A stretch of DNA of 64,000 bases, from contig CAWGZR010000003.1 of assembly GCA_963827165.1 (NCBI GenBank), forward strand, positions 160,001 to 224,000, written 5' to 3'. The number at the start of each line of letters is the position of its first letter. The stretch's first letter is position 1. The notes under the pieces were generated by a model. It was not told where the DNA came from. It ran no database searches and saw nothing but the letters and a program-made list of their open reading frames with translations. The position numbers and the translations under genes were made by a program. Shown here piece after piece: positions 52,303-62,778 of this stretch. Origin of the DNA: Candidatus Bathyarchaeota archaeon (GTDB taxonomy: Archaea; Thermoproteota; Bathyarchaeia; Bathyarchaeales; Bathycorpusculaceae).

Positions 52303-52450
52303 GAACTGTGTTTGGGTGATGCTTTCGTATACCGTCGGCGTTTAATTCTGAATATCTTGCTTGCACCTTGCGTGACTCAAATTTTTTTCCACAAAATTTT
52401 TTGTTTGTGTTTTGAGTTGGTTTTCTTGTTTGGGGCTTGGATAGGTTGTA

Positions 52451-52530
52451 ACTGTGAGCTAAAATAAGCTATCTTAAGCTAAAATACGCTATAATGAGCT
52501 GTTTTAAGCCAAAATACGCTATAAAAGGCT
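52451..52530. repeat. Eight-unit array with exact 10-bp period, units ending in (A/C/G)GC(T/C)
   Basis: actgtgagct|aaaataagct|atcttaagct|aaaatacgct|ataatgagct|gttttaagcc|aaaatacgct|ataaaaggct. Confidence 0.85.
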
Positions 52531-52807
52531 AAAAAAGACAATGTAATCGCCTGGTGTAAGAATTGGGCGTTTGTAGGGGTGGAAAATGAGAGTTTTCGTC
52601 TCAAGGTCATAAAATGTCTTAATAACACCAGATGCTTGATATAGACTATCCATTAACGATATTTTGACCGCATTTGAAGCAGAACATATTCTCATACGGG
52701 TTTACTGAGCAACGACAGCAAGTGTTTATTTTTTATGCACTTACCAAAATCAGTGCATAAGATTTTGGTAAAGTCTTATTAGATCAATAGAATTTCTCAT
52801 ATAAACA

Positions 52808-54112
52808 ATGAAGATAAGGCAACTCTCAGTTTTGCTCATTTTGTTGCTGATTTCTCCGCTTTTTCTGAGCTTTATCCAAACATCCAAAGCGGTCACCTCA
52901 TCGAATAAGTCTAACGTGTATATTGGAATCGATGTTGCCTTCCAAAGCGTAGCCGCAACTGAACAACAAGTCGATAATATCAGTTCTTACACAAACTTCT
53001 TTGTAATCGGATGCACCGGAAACTACAATCTAACGAGGCTTACTATCATAAGCGAATACGTATACGATAAGGGATTAACCTTCATAGTTTATTCCGATGA
53101 TCCTAGATATCCCTCAAGCGAATGGTTCCGAGAAGCAAAGAACAATTGGGGGGACAAATTTCTAGGAATATATTACCTTGATGAAGAGGGCGGCAAACAA
53201 CTTGACCAAGCCAAATACCCCATTGTTACAACATCAACTAACTATAGTGAGGCAGCTGCAACATACGTTAATGTGATGAATCAACTGCTGCGTAATGGGT
53301 CATTCTCAATTTCCCAAAGATTTGCTTATCCAACAGAATATCAATTATTCACCTCAGACTATGGGCTTTACTGGTACGATTACGAAGCAGGTTATAACAC
53401 GGTTTTCGATGAGTTCGGCTTGCGCACCGGTTGGGCAAATGATAGTCAACTACTGAATCTGGCGCTCTGCAGAGGGGCAGCCACCGCATTCAACCAAAGT
53501 TGGGGGGTAATGATAACTTGGGCGTACAATCAACCGCCCTACATGGAGAACGGTTCAGAACTCTACAAGGACATGGTTTTAGCATATAACAACGGCGCTA
53601 AATACATCGTAGTTTTTGACAGCAACGCAAACTATACTCAAAACGTTTTGACTCAAGGACAGCTCAATGGGATAAAGCAGTTCTGGCAGTATGTTCAAGC
53701 TAACCCAAGAACCATAAATACTGTTAGCGACAGAATGGCGTATGTACTCCCCCAGGATTATGGCTATGGTTTTCGCGGTCCAGATGACAAAATCTGGGGA
53801 TTATGGAATACAGATTCACTCACTATTGATATCGGTATGAGCGTCTCCACACTCTTGCAAATGGAAGGCGATAACTTAGACATAGTATACCCATCGCAAG
53901 CCCTTGATTCTGAAGGGTACAATAGCATCATCTATTGGAACGATACAACACTTATACCCACACAATCACTTAGCCCTCAACAAGCTCATTCCTCACCTTT
54001 GTATTCAGATAGGATTTACCTTTATGGGACCGTGGCAAGTATCATGGTTGCTGTTGCGACAGCCGCCGCATTGTTAAAGTTTCGAAAAAAATCATCTAAA
54101 GTTCTTAATTGA
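52808..54112 (+). CDS. Secreted hypothetical protein with C-terminal TM anchor (possible glycoside-hydrolase-like barrel)
   Basis: Signal peptide, aromatic-rich core (YYLDEEGG, TSDYGLYWYDY, WGVMITW), C-terminal TM + KFRKK. Confidence 0.7.
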   Translation: MKIRQLSVLLILLLISPLFLSFIQTSKAVTSSNKSNVYIGIDVAFQSVAATEQQVDNISSYTNFFVIGCTGNYNLTRLTIISEYVYDKGLTFIVYSDDPRYPSSEWFREAKNNWGDKFLGIYYLDEEGGKQLDQAKYPIVTTSTNYSEAAATYVNVMNQLLRNGSFSISQRFAYPTEYQLFTSDYGLYWYDYEAGYNTVFDEFGLRTGWANDSQLLNLALCRGAATAFNQSWGVMITWAYNQPPYMENGSELYKDMVLAYNNGAKYIVVFDSNANYTQNVLTQGQLNGIKQFWQYVQANPRTINTVSDRMAYVLPQDYGYGFRGPDDKIWGLWNTDSLTIDIGMSVSTLLQMEGDNLDIVYPSQALDSEGYNSIIYWNDTTLIPTQSLSPQQAHSSPLYSDRIYLYGTVASIMVAVATAAALLKFRKKSSKVLN

Positions 54113-54199
54113 AAGATGCAAATTATTCAATAATTTCAAGTACAGGAGTTCCTAAGTTAGGACAGCTTTAAAGAAATCAGCTAAAGTCCATTCATTCAA

Positions 54200-54600
54200 T
54201 TTCAGGATTGCAATGTTCACAAACTCTGATAGAACTCAAGTTTGTTCGATTACCTATCTTCAATTTTTCCGCCACTCTGATGACTACGAAAAATAGCTAC
54301 GATTCCACCATCTTTCACCTGTTGCAGCAAAGCATTTAGACTCACAGAAACACCAGTCTTTTTAATTACTAATTGCCCGATCCTTTTCTCTTGAACTCTC
54401 TTGCTTTGTCGTACATTCGCATTTCTTCAAAGCTTTCGCTGTATCTTGCGTTCTTCTGCATTTCTTGAGGGTCTTAGGCAGCGCCTTCGTCTAATTATTG
54501 TGGAACTTATTAAATTCTGGAAGAGCTATTCTATAGGATGTAATCCAAAAAAAAGCATTCTGAATTGGGGAAAGGGAGCGATTTCAGCCACCATGAGCGA
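54200..54600 (-). pseudogene. Heavily decayed ORF
   Basis: Protein-like fragments (FEEMRMYDKARE; VSLNALLQQVKDGGIVAIF) interrupted by stops and shifts. Boundaries approximate. Confidence 0.35.
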
Positions 54601-54767
54601 AGGGGGCTTTTAGAAGTATACCCCCAAACTGAGAAAAATAGGAATCAGACAAAAACTTGAAAAAGAGAGCTAAATACAGAATGCACACCGATTTTAAAAT
54701 AGGCTAATTAACAACGAGCGCTTAAGCATGCAGCGTATGCGTTCACGGCTGTTTAAGTGAAGATTCG

Positions 54768-55385
54768 ATGAAAACAAAACAGGAAAACGCGGATATAGAA
54801 CATTTTAACCGCAGAGCAGCAACCTATGAAACTGCAATCAGTCAAGGCTACTTCTTCGACAGAGTTCAGAGAAGGGTTTTGCAGTTGGCTAAAGACCAGC
54901 GTTCCCCGCAGGTCATTATGGACGTTGGTTGCGGGACAGGTCGATTACTTAGAAAAGCAAATCAGCAGTGGCCCAACGCAAAGCTTGTGGGTGTTGACGC
55001 GGCTGAGAAAATGATAGCTCAGGCGACTCAGCTGTTCCCTGGGGCAGAATTTCATGTTGCTATGGCTGAAGCTTTGCCTTTTCCTGAAGCCTCGGTTGAT
55101 ATTGCTTTTAGTACACTTTCATTTCATCATTGGGCTAATCAAGCCAAAGGAATAAGTGAAGTTGCCCGTGTTTTGCGGCCGCAGGGAAGGTTTGTGTTGG
55201 CAGACATTGTTGTTCCGCGTTGGATGTCAGTCTTTGTCGGGAACTTTAGGTACAACAGCCCTGCAACTATAAGAAACATGTTCACGAAGGCTGGGCTAAC
55301 TGTGGATCTTCAGCAGCAGCCGTGGAGTTGGTCACGGGTTCTTTTGGTAACAGTTGGTTCAAAGGGTAGCGGAGGGAGGGCTTAG
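54768..55385 (+). CDS. Class I SAM-dependent methyltransferase
   Basis: MDVGCGTG, LPFPEASVD, SFHHW. Confidence 0.92.
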   Translation: MKTKQENADIEHFNRRAATYETAISQGYFFDRVQRRVLQLAKDQRSPQVIMDVGCGTGRLLRKANQQWPNAKLVGVDAAEKMIAQATQLFPGAEFHVAMAEALPFPEASVDIAFSTLSFHHWANQAKGISEVARVLRPQGRFVLADIVVPRWMSVFVGNFRYNSPATIRNMFTKAGLTVDLQQQPWSWSRVLLVTVGSKGSGGRA

Positions 55386-55411
55386 CTACGGTTTTTATCA
55401 CTGACGAATAC

Positions 55412-56020
55412 TTGTTCTTCGCATCAGTTTTTATGATTTCTCTTTCAGGCGTTCTAATGCCTGGACCATTATTCGCCGCAACTATCCAGCAGGCAACCAA
55501 ACGCAAATCTGCAGGAGCATTAATCGCGGTTGGACACGCAATAGTAGAGGTCCCACTGATGTTCCTTATCTATTTCATACTAACCCAAGTCGCCATTCCC
55601 ACATTTGTCCAGCTTGCCGTGGGATTGATCGGCGGGCTCCTAATGGTTTTAATGGGGATTCAAACATTCAGAACCAGAAATAAAATCCAAGAAAACCAAG
55701 CCTCACAGAAAAAAGATTCGCTTTTTGCTGGAATCTACACCACTGCAGTTAACGCTGGCTTTATTCTTTGGTGGTTGACAATTGGAACCACGCTTATTCT
55801 AAATGCTCAATTGTTTGGGCTAATCGGCGTCTCAATTTTCGCAGGCATTCATTGGCTATGCGATCTTTCATGGTACACGGTAACTGCCTTAGTGATCTTC
55901 GGATCCCAACGTTTCTGGACGGCACGCGCTCGTGCAGGTATAACTCTTTTTTGTGCGGCAGTCTTCATCGGCTTTGGAGTTTACTTCATGAGTTCAGCGA
56001 TTTCGTCTTTATTGGCATAG
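55412..56020 (+). CDS. LysE family translocator
   Basis: SGVLMPGP, GHAIVE, LWWLTIG, HWLCD. Confidence 0.9.
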   Translation: MFFASVFMISLSGVLMPGPLFAATIQQATKRKSAGALIAVGHAIVEVPLMFLIYFILTQVAIPTFVQLAVGLIGGLLMVLMGIQTFRTRNKIQENQASQKKDSLFAGIYTTAVNAGFILWWLTIGTTLILNAQLFGLIGVSIFAGIHWLCDLSWYTVTALVIFGSQRFWTARARAGITLFCAAVFIGFGVYFMSSAISSLLA

Positions 56021-56050
56021 TTATATACCCCATTGGCGAGAGGTGATATT

Positions 56051-56614
56051 ATGGAGTTTAGAGTTGGAAACGCAGTTTTGCAGATAATCCAAGGTGACAT
56101 AACAGATGTTGAGGCAGACGCAATCGTGAACGCGGCGAACTCCTCGCTTATGGGAGGCGGCGGAGTGGACGGCGCAATACATCGGAAGGGAGGACCCACC
56201 ATCGATCGGGAATGCAGGCGAATAAGGGAGACTGAGTGGCCTGATGGTCTACCTACTGGGAAAGCGGTTATGACTTCAGGCGGAAATTTAAAGGCAAAAT
56301 ATGTGATACATACTGTTGGACCTGTTTGGCTCGGCGGCTTCCATGTTGAAGCAGAACTTCTCAAGCAAGCATACCGGAACTCAATGAAACTTGCCGCTGC
56401 AAAGGGACTTAAAGTGATTGCGTTTCCATCTATCAGCACGGGCGCCTACGGTTACCCTATCGAAGAGGCCAGCCGCATTGCAGTGAACACGGTGAAGGAT
56501 TTCTTGGAAAAGGAAGACAAGCTTGAAAGCGTTATTTTAGTTTTGTTTTCTGAAGGCGACTTCCAGATTTACATGCAAACTGCCAAGTCAATTCTCGGTA
56601 AATTAACTATTTAG
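56051..56614 (+). CDS. Macro-domain O-acetyl-ADP-ribose deacetylase (YmdB-like)
   Basis: GDIT, NAANSSLMGGGGVDGAIH, HTVGP, SISTGAYGYP. Confidence 0.95.
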   Translation: MEFRVGNAVLQIIQGDITDVEADAIVNAANSSLMGGGGVDGAIHRKGGPTIDRECRRIRETEWPDGLPTGKAVMTSGGNLKAKYVIHTVGPVWLGGFHVEAELLKQAYRNSMKLAAAKGLKVIAFPSISTGAYGYPIEEASRIAVNTVKDFLEKEDKLESVILVLFSEGDFQIYMQTAKSILGKLTI

Positions 56615-57298
56615 CGAGTTTTACTTCTTTGACTTTCATTATTGAAGTGAATGGAATATCTATTTTCTCCATAGCGCAAGAACTGCGTCTCTGCTTGCTG
56701 CCTCAAGAACGAAAGCGACTCTGACTTCGGCACGGCAGCAGTAACATGACTTCACTTGCATATCCTTGATTTTTCCTGAGGAAGCTGTTTTCACGCCCCT
56801 TTGGCGCAAGCCTTCGGATCTCCTTGCCGGACCGCAAAATTGCTGAGTTCACAATGTGGGCATAAAATCGAGTCCAATATTATAGTTAATGCGGCGTTTC
56901 ATAAACTACTGGTGGGATAACTTGTGGCGACCTTTGTTGTTGATTTGTTGTAGTCACATATTCATTTATCAATCAGTTAATCCGTGTTAAGGTCAAGGCG
57001 AGTGAAGATGAGAGAACCAACATTTGCTTGCCCATACTGCAACAAGCAGTACTGGCGAAGTCGGTACATGCTCTAGAAACATGTGCAAACAGGACATGAA
57101 ACGAAAAAAATACATCAATGACCAACTCCGAACATAAACATGAAGAAAACATTGGGAATTATCGGCGATAGCGGCTAAAGGATTGTTTTAATGTTTGTGT
57201 GTTCAACAATTGCAAGTGCAATTAGCCTCCTAAATACACTTAAATATTGAGTCTTGCGATATTCACAATAACTCGTGCTGAAAATGAGGAATGATAAT

Positions 57299-57676
57299 AT
57301 GGCCCAAACTGAAACATTAAGCCCTTGCTTTGAGTTTTCGCTAAAAAATGAGCATTCCGAAATGGATTTTGAAATTGCAATCGCAGAGGCAGTAAACGAT
57401 ATTCTCACCTCTTTAGGCGAAAACACAAAGCAGGCGGTCTACAGTCACCTCAAAAACGCCTACGGCATAAACAAAGACGATATTCCCTGCAAAATTGGAG
57501 GTTTCGCGAACGCAATCGAAGAAACATTCGGTTCAGTCGGCAAACTAATTGAGATAAAAATAATTGAAAAGCTACACTCTCAATACACTGATTTCCGCTT
57601 TGCTCCGAAAAACGGAACGCTAGACTTCGTCGAATACGTTAGTTGCCTGCAAAGTCGTCTTCAGCCAAAAGCATAA
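57299..57676 (+). CDS. DUF3227-like archaeal helical protein
   Basis: EAVNDIL..LGE..VYSHL...I...IP....F..AIEETFG pattern common in TACK signalling loci. Confidence 0.6.
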   Translation: MAQTETLSPCFEFSLKNEHSEMDFEIAIAEAVNDILTSLGENTKQAVYSHLKNAYGINKDDIPCKIGGFANAIEETFGSVGKLIEIKIIEKLHSQYTDFRFAPKNGTLDFVEYVSCLQSRLQPKA

Positions 57677-57855
57677 ACCGCTGACGCTTAAATTGATCTA
57701 GAACACCAACGCAAGATTCCTCAGATTCTACAGTTTTTTTCAAGGGTCGCCGATAGCTAGTAAGGTAATTGCAAGTGGAAGTAGGAACCTCAGAAATAGC
57801 ATGGTCGATTCTTCATCTGAGGTTAAGCTGCCGCTAAGAGAGAAGATGTTCGCTT

Positions 57856-58401
57856 TTAACCGTTTGTGGTTTCGATTTGAATCAGCGAGTATGCGTCATA
57901 TTTATCTTCGATTAGTTTTCTGCCTTGTAAATAGCTGAGTTCAATCAGGAACCCCAAGCCCACGACTTCGCCGCCCAATTTTTCGACTAAATCAATGTTG
58001 GCCTTCATTGTTCCACCAGTTGCGAGCAAATCGTCAATAAGCAGGATTCTTTGTCCCTTCTCTATTGCGTCTTCATGTATCTCGATGACGTCGGATTCGT
58101 ATTCTTTTTTGTAAATGAGCTCGACGCATTTGGAAGGTAACTTGCCTTTCTTCCGTATGGGCACGAAGCCTACGCCTAGCTCGTAAGCTACAGCAGCACC
58201 GATGATGAAGCCTCTAGCCTCGTTTGATACCACTAAGTCAACGGGGACATCTCGGAAATGATCCGCAAGCTGCTTAACGCTTTGATGAAGTGAATCTCCA
58301 TCTCTTAGAAGTGGCGTAATATCCCAGAATACGACTCCTTTAAACTGTGGTATGCGCCTGACTTTAGTTTTTAAGTCGATTTTCATTTTAGATTGGCTCA
58401 T
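57856..58401 (-). CDS. apt: Adenine phosphoribosyltransferase
   Basis: FWDITPLL, EARGF, IRKKGKLP, IDDLLATGGT. Confidence 0.95.
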   Translation of the reverse strand: MSQSKMKIDLKTKVRRIPQFKGVVFWDITPLLRDGDSLHQSVKQLADHFRDVPVDLVVSNEARGFIIGAAVAYELGVGFVPIRKKGKLPSKCVELIYKKEYESDVIEIHEDAIEKGQRILLIDDLLATGGTMKANIDLVEKLGGEVVGLGFLIELSYLQGRKLIEDKYDAYSLIQIETTNG

Positions 58402-58414
58402 GTTCAATTCGTCC

Positions 58415-59206
58415 TTAAACAAAGGCTCCTTTGAGAGCTTCTCTACATTCGCATGCGGGCTCGCTGGGCAGTTTGGCTACTGTCTGAGCGATTATGCGTT
58501 TGACATTTTCAATGTTGGTTTTCATTATTTTGATAACTTCGTCAACGCTGACCGGATGATCTTTCCAAACGTCGTAATCCGTCACGGTTGATATGGAAGC
58601 GTAGCATATTTCCGCTTCCCTTGCCAAGACACATTCAGGAACAAGTGTCATGCCGACAACGTCTGCGCCCCACTGCCGATACATTTTTGATTCAGCCTTA
58701 GTAGAAAAGCGCGGTCCCTCAATGCAAACGTAAGTTCCAGTTGGATGCATTTTGACCCCCAAGGTCTTGGCGACTGAAATTATATTTTCTCTCAGTTCAG
58801 GGCACATTGGCTCGGCAACGCCTATGTGGCAGACTTTGTCCTCTGTGTAGAATGATTGTTCCCGCCTGGTTGTGCGGTCGATGAATTGGTCGCAGAAAAC
58901 GATTTCGCCAGGATGAAAATCTTCTCGCAATGACCCGACAGTGCTTGGAGCTAATATGCGATTTACCCCGAGTTTTTTCAAGGCAAAGATGTTGGCTCTA
59001 ACATTGATGTCTGTGGGTCTAATCGTATGTTTTTTGCCGTGGCGAGGAAGAAAAGCCACACATTTACCGCCCAGTTCCCCGATCGTTATTGAGTCTGAGG
59101 GTTTTCCATAAGGTGTTTCTACCGTTATTTCCTGTATGTTCTTGAGGCGTCCAGGATCGTAGAGACCTGTTCCACCAATTATGCCTATTTCTGCTTGCAT
59201 GCCCAT
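58415..59206 (-). CDS. mtnP: S-methyl-5'-thioadenosine phosphorylase
   Basis: GIIGGTG, TPYGKPS, RHG, EGPRFSTKAES, VTDYD. Confidence 0.95.
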   Translation of the reverse strand: MGMQAEIGIIGGTGLYDPGRLKNIQEITVETPYGKPSDSITIGELGGKCVAFLPRHGKKHTIRPTDINVRANIFALKKLGVNRILAPSTVGSLREDFHPGEIVFCDQFIDRTTRREQSFYTEDKVCHIGVAEPMCPELRENIISVAKTLGVKMHPTGTYVCIEGPRFSTKAESKMYRQWGADVVGMTLVPECVLAREAEICYASISTVTDYDVWKDHPVSVDEVIKIMKTNIENVKRIIAQTVAKLPSEPACECREALKGAFV

Positions 59207-59479
59207 TAACTCTCAAACGATGAACTTATAAGAATAGCGTTAAGAATACGTGATGACGCAGAACTTTTTCCCAACCTTTTCGTGGGAGATTTTTTCTACA
59301 AAAAAATGTGGTTCCTCAAGGACTATGTTGCCAAGTCAAACATCACTGAAATTCCTATTTAACTGCATTTCCAAAAAAAACGCTTATTTTGTTTTGTCCG
59401 CTATATGGCGTTTATTATTCGATGTGCCATTTCAGTAAGTTTGAATCCTAAAAAAAGGATGTGGATGAAAAGAGTGTTT

Positions 59480-60972
59480 TTAGCTTGCGCTCTTTTCAAG
59501 AAAGCTATTGAGGATTTTTGTTCTTGACTCAATTAATTCTTGAAGGTCATTCTTTATTTTTTCAGTCGCCGCTGCTAATTCTGTCGCCTGTGTAACTACA
59601 GTATTTGAGTTCTTTCCCACTGTTTCTGCTTCTGCAAGTATTTCTTTAGTTGATTGCTCAATTTTCGTTGCATTGTCAGCCACATCCCACGCGAGTCTAG
59701 CCATTTCTTGAGCTTCACCGACGACACTTTTGGTTACTTCCTCAACTTTCTCAGCCGTTCCAGAGACATCTTTAGCTATCGCAGCCATTTCTTGTGAAGC
59801 GGCTGTTTGTTGCTGGATTGCTGCGGAGGCTTCCTCTGATGCTGAAGAACTTTCTTCGGCTATGCTTGCTACTTCCTCAATTGTTTTGACGACAGTGCTT
59901 AAAGCTTCAAGTCCGCGGTCAACTCCGTCGAGCTAGATTTGTTAACTTTGCCAGTCATTTCGCCCATTATCGACGAAATTCCCTCAGCTTCCTGAATTGC
60001 GCCTAAAACAACGTTTGCCCCTTCAACTGCTCCTGCCTGAGATTTTTGAGCTATATTGCTTGTTTGAAGCCCTGCCTCTTTGATTCCCTTAACTAAGTTA
60101 ATTGCCGACCCTGCCGCAACTTTTGACTGCCCCGCCAAGCCTTTAACCGCATCAGCGACTACCGCAAAGCCTCTGCCAGCTTCACCCGCTCGTGCGGCTT
60201 CAATTGCAGCGTTTAAGGCTAACATGTTTGTCTGACCTGCGATATCTGAAACAGAGTTAGCCATTTGGCCCACTTGCTCGACTGAATTAACCATTGAGGT
60301 GACCGCGTCTGAAACTTTGGTAATGTCACTCTTAATGTTCTCAATAGCTACTAGCCCTTTCTGCCCTTTCGCGTTGGCATCTTTAGATCGCTTTAATGCA
60401 TCATTAGTGACGGCTGAAGCTTCTCTTGCGATTGTTCCTGCTTCGTCCATAACTTTCTTTAATGACTCGGTGCTTCGTGCAGCACTTTGTGATAGACCCG
60501 CCAGTTTTTGTGCACCCATGGAGACCTGCTGTGAAGCATTGCTAACTTGTTGCATACCTGTTGCCATTTGGTTTGAAACATTGGCCGCTTGCTTGCCCAT
60601 CTCAACAACTTTAGCAGTTGATTTGGTTGCGCCGTCTGCACTTGAAGCAACTTTGTTCGCGACTTCTTCAACGCTCTTTGCAGTTACGCCTACTTTCCCA
60701 ACGATCTCCGCGGCACTCATTGCAAGCTCAGCAACTTTTCTCGCCGAGTTTTCTGCTTGAAAAGCCAGGTCTGCTGCTACCGCCGCTTTTTGAAGCGGTT
60801 CATCAACTTGAAGGTTCATTTTCTCGGCGCTTGCAATTGACTCTTGGAGAACTGTGATCAGTTGTTTCTTAAGTCCCTCATTTTCTTCTGCTAAGCGTTT
60901 GTTTTCCTTTTCAAGTTTTTCTAAAACTTTACCTTTCTCCAGATTAGGTTTTTCTTGAGATTCAGCGGTCAT
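59480..60972 (-). CDS. Soluble methyl-accepting chemotaxis protein, frameshifted near 59935
   Basis: [30 protein letters not shown] hairpin tip, no TM. The frame continues ([10 protein letters not shown]...) to the stop at 59480. Confidence 0.88.
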
Positions 60973-61075
60973 GTTGATTACTTTCCAGTTTAATTTATGC
61001 TGATTCGATTAGGTGCTTTGCTTATAATTAAATTATGAATGCCTTGTACAGATTCTAAATCAATGAAATTTAAAA

Positions 61076-62098
61076 CTAATTGCATGCACAGATGATTTCT
61101 TTCGAAATCAAATCCAAAGACGCAACCTTATCGATACAGCCAGTTTCAAAAGCAGTTTTAGGCATGCCGTACACAACGCTTGTTCTTTCGTCCTGCGCAA
61201 TGGTGAACCCACCTTTTTCTTTGATAGCTTTGATTCCTTTGGCACCGTCAACACCGATACCAGTTAAGATTACCCCTATGTTCTTGGAACCAAACGCTTC
61301 AGCAGAGGAAATCATCGTAACGTCGCCTGACGGTCGAACAAAGTTGACAGGATGTCCGGTGGTCAAAGCAATTCTTTTACCTTTTGTCACGATCATATGA
61401 AAACCTCCAGGAGCAATTAAAGCAAGCCCTCCTTGAATTTTATCGCCTTCTTCAGCTTCTTTCACCTGAAATTTGCAGACGTCACTTAATCTTTGAGCGA
61501 AGAATCTTGTTATCCCTTTAGGCATGTGTTGGACAATTAGTATAGGCGGCACATCTGCTGGAAGACCTCTTAGAATCTCGGTAATCGCGGGCGGACCCCC
61601 AGTTGAAGCAGTTAACGATATGATTTTATCATGATTTTTTATGTTCCTATTCAAGGTATCATGAACTATGGTTTTGACCCTGTTTACATTCGAGAAAGAA
61701 GCAATCTTGATTTTCGAAATCAGCTCATCCTTAACAATATCTATGTCTAACGATAAAGATCCTGATGGTTTATGCACGTAGTCAATCGCCCCGTATTCCA
61801 AGCCCTTCAAAGTTAGCTCTGCGTCTCTTTGTGTCAAAGCACTTACCATTACAATAGGGACCGGGTCCGCCTCCATAATTTTTTGAACTGCTGCTAACCC
61901 ATCCATCTTCGGCATTTCTATGTCCATTGTAACAATGTCAGGATGAAGATTTTCGATTTTTGAAAGCGCTTCTTCTCCGTTTCTTGCTGTGCCTACGACT
62001 TTTATTTGCGGGTCTGATTGAACCAGATCAACAAGAATTTTTTGCATGAATAGAGAATCATCGACAATAAGTAACTTGATTTGACCCATAGACCTCAT
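61076..62098 (-). CDS. cheB: Chemotaxis protein-glutamate methylesterase
   Basis: REC domain (IVDDS, DIEMP), ASTGGP, VQHMP, LTGIGVDG. Confidence 0.96.
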   Translation of the reverse strand: MRSMGQIKLLIVDDSLFMQKILVDLVQSDPQIKVVGTARNGEEALSKIENLHPDIVTMDIEMPKMDGLAAVQKIMEADPVPIVMVSALTQRDAELTLKGLEYGAIDYVHKPSGSLSLDIDIVKDELISKIKIASFSNVNRVKTIVHDTLNRNIKNHDKIISLTASTGGPPAITEILRGLPADVPPILIVQHMPKGITRFFAQRLSDVCKFQVKEAEEGDKIQGGLALIAPGGFHMIVTKGKRIALTTGHPVNFVRPSGDVTMISSAEAFGSKNIGVILTGIGVDGAKGIKAIKEKGGFTIAQDERTSVVYGMPKTAFETGCIDKVASLDLISKEIICACN

Positions 62099-62133
62099 CC
62101 GTGCATGAAAAAAGACAGAGGGAAAGTCAAGTC

Positions 62134-62649
62134 CTAAGGCTTAGGCATGGCCTGTGATTGAATTTGGAAACCTCGAGTGTCATCTTTCATATTTGTGGCG
62201 TCTTTTGACGCTATTTTGATGAAATCAAGCAAGATTATTAGATCTTTGTCATGTTTGGCTACGCCAACAACTGCCTCGGATTTATCTACGATCAAGCTGT
62301 CTGGATTTGACTCAATGTCTTTTTTCGAAAGCGTCAAAACTTCCATGACAGAATCAACCATTATACCAATCGGGTGCTTATCCTGCACTATAATCATGAT
62401 GTTAGTGTTTTCGTTTGTTTTACCTGTTATTCCGAAGCGTCTTCTAAGATCTATTACCGGTATTACTTCACCTCTGAGGTTTGTGACGCCCCTCACATAA
62501 TCAGGAGCATAGGGAACAGGAGTCACGCCTTCAAAGTTTTTTACTTCACGAACTTGATGCACATCAACGCCGTACAAGACGTTATCAAGCGAAAAGGTTA
62601 GCATTTGCATCTCCTCAAGAGCGCTCATTCTGTTGTTAACAATTGCCAC
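62134..62649 (-). CDS. cheW: Chemotaxis coupling protein
   Basis: TPVPYAPDYVRGVTNLRGEVIPVIDL. Confidence 0.96.
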   Translation of the reverse strand: MAIVNNRMSALEEMQMLTFSLDNVLYGVDVHQVREVKNFEGVTPVPYAPDYVRGVTNLRGEVIPVIDLRRRFGITGKTNENTNIMIIVQDKHPIGIMVDSVMEVLTLSKKDIESNPDSLIVDKSEAVVGVAKHDKDLIILLDFIKIASKDATNMKDDTRGFQIQSQAMPKP

Positions 62650-62778
62650 TTATGTTCACCTGTACTTGCCAGTTAGTTTTAGCTTATTCACTAAAACTGT
62701 TATTTGTCGGTTATGAAAAGAAAGTAAAGATTATGAATTCTGATTTCGAAACAAAACTCTCAAAATAAGCCTTAGAAT

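Larger units (their letters stand above)
40975..52334. repeat. Dispersed 30-bp intergenic motif, 6 copies: 40975-41004(-), 41581-41610(+), 45531-45560(+, weaker), 47843-47872(-), 50141-50170(+), 52305-52334(+)
   Basis: Consensus ACTGTGTTTTGGTGATGCTTTYGTATACSG read directly from the sequence. Confidence 0.9.

Noticed and set aside
40975-52334. 30-bp motif as a CRISPR repeat or C/D-box sRNA (TGATGC resembles box C)
   Set aside because: Copies are kilobases apart in mixed orientation with no spacers or cas genes, and there is no consistent D/D' box at the expected spacing.
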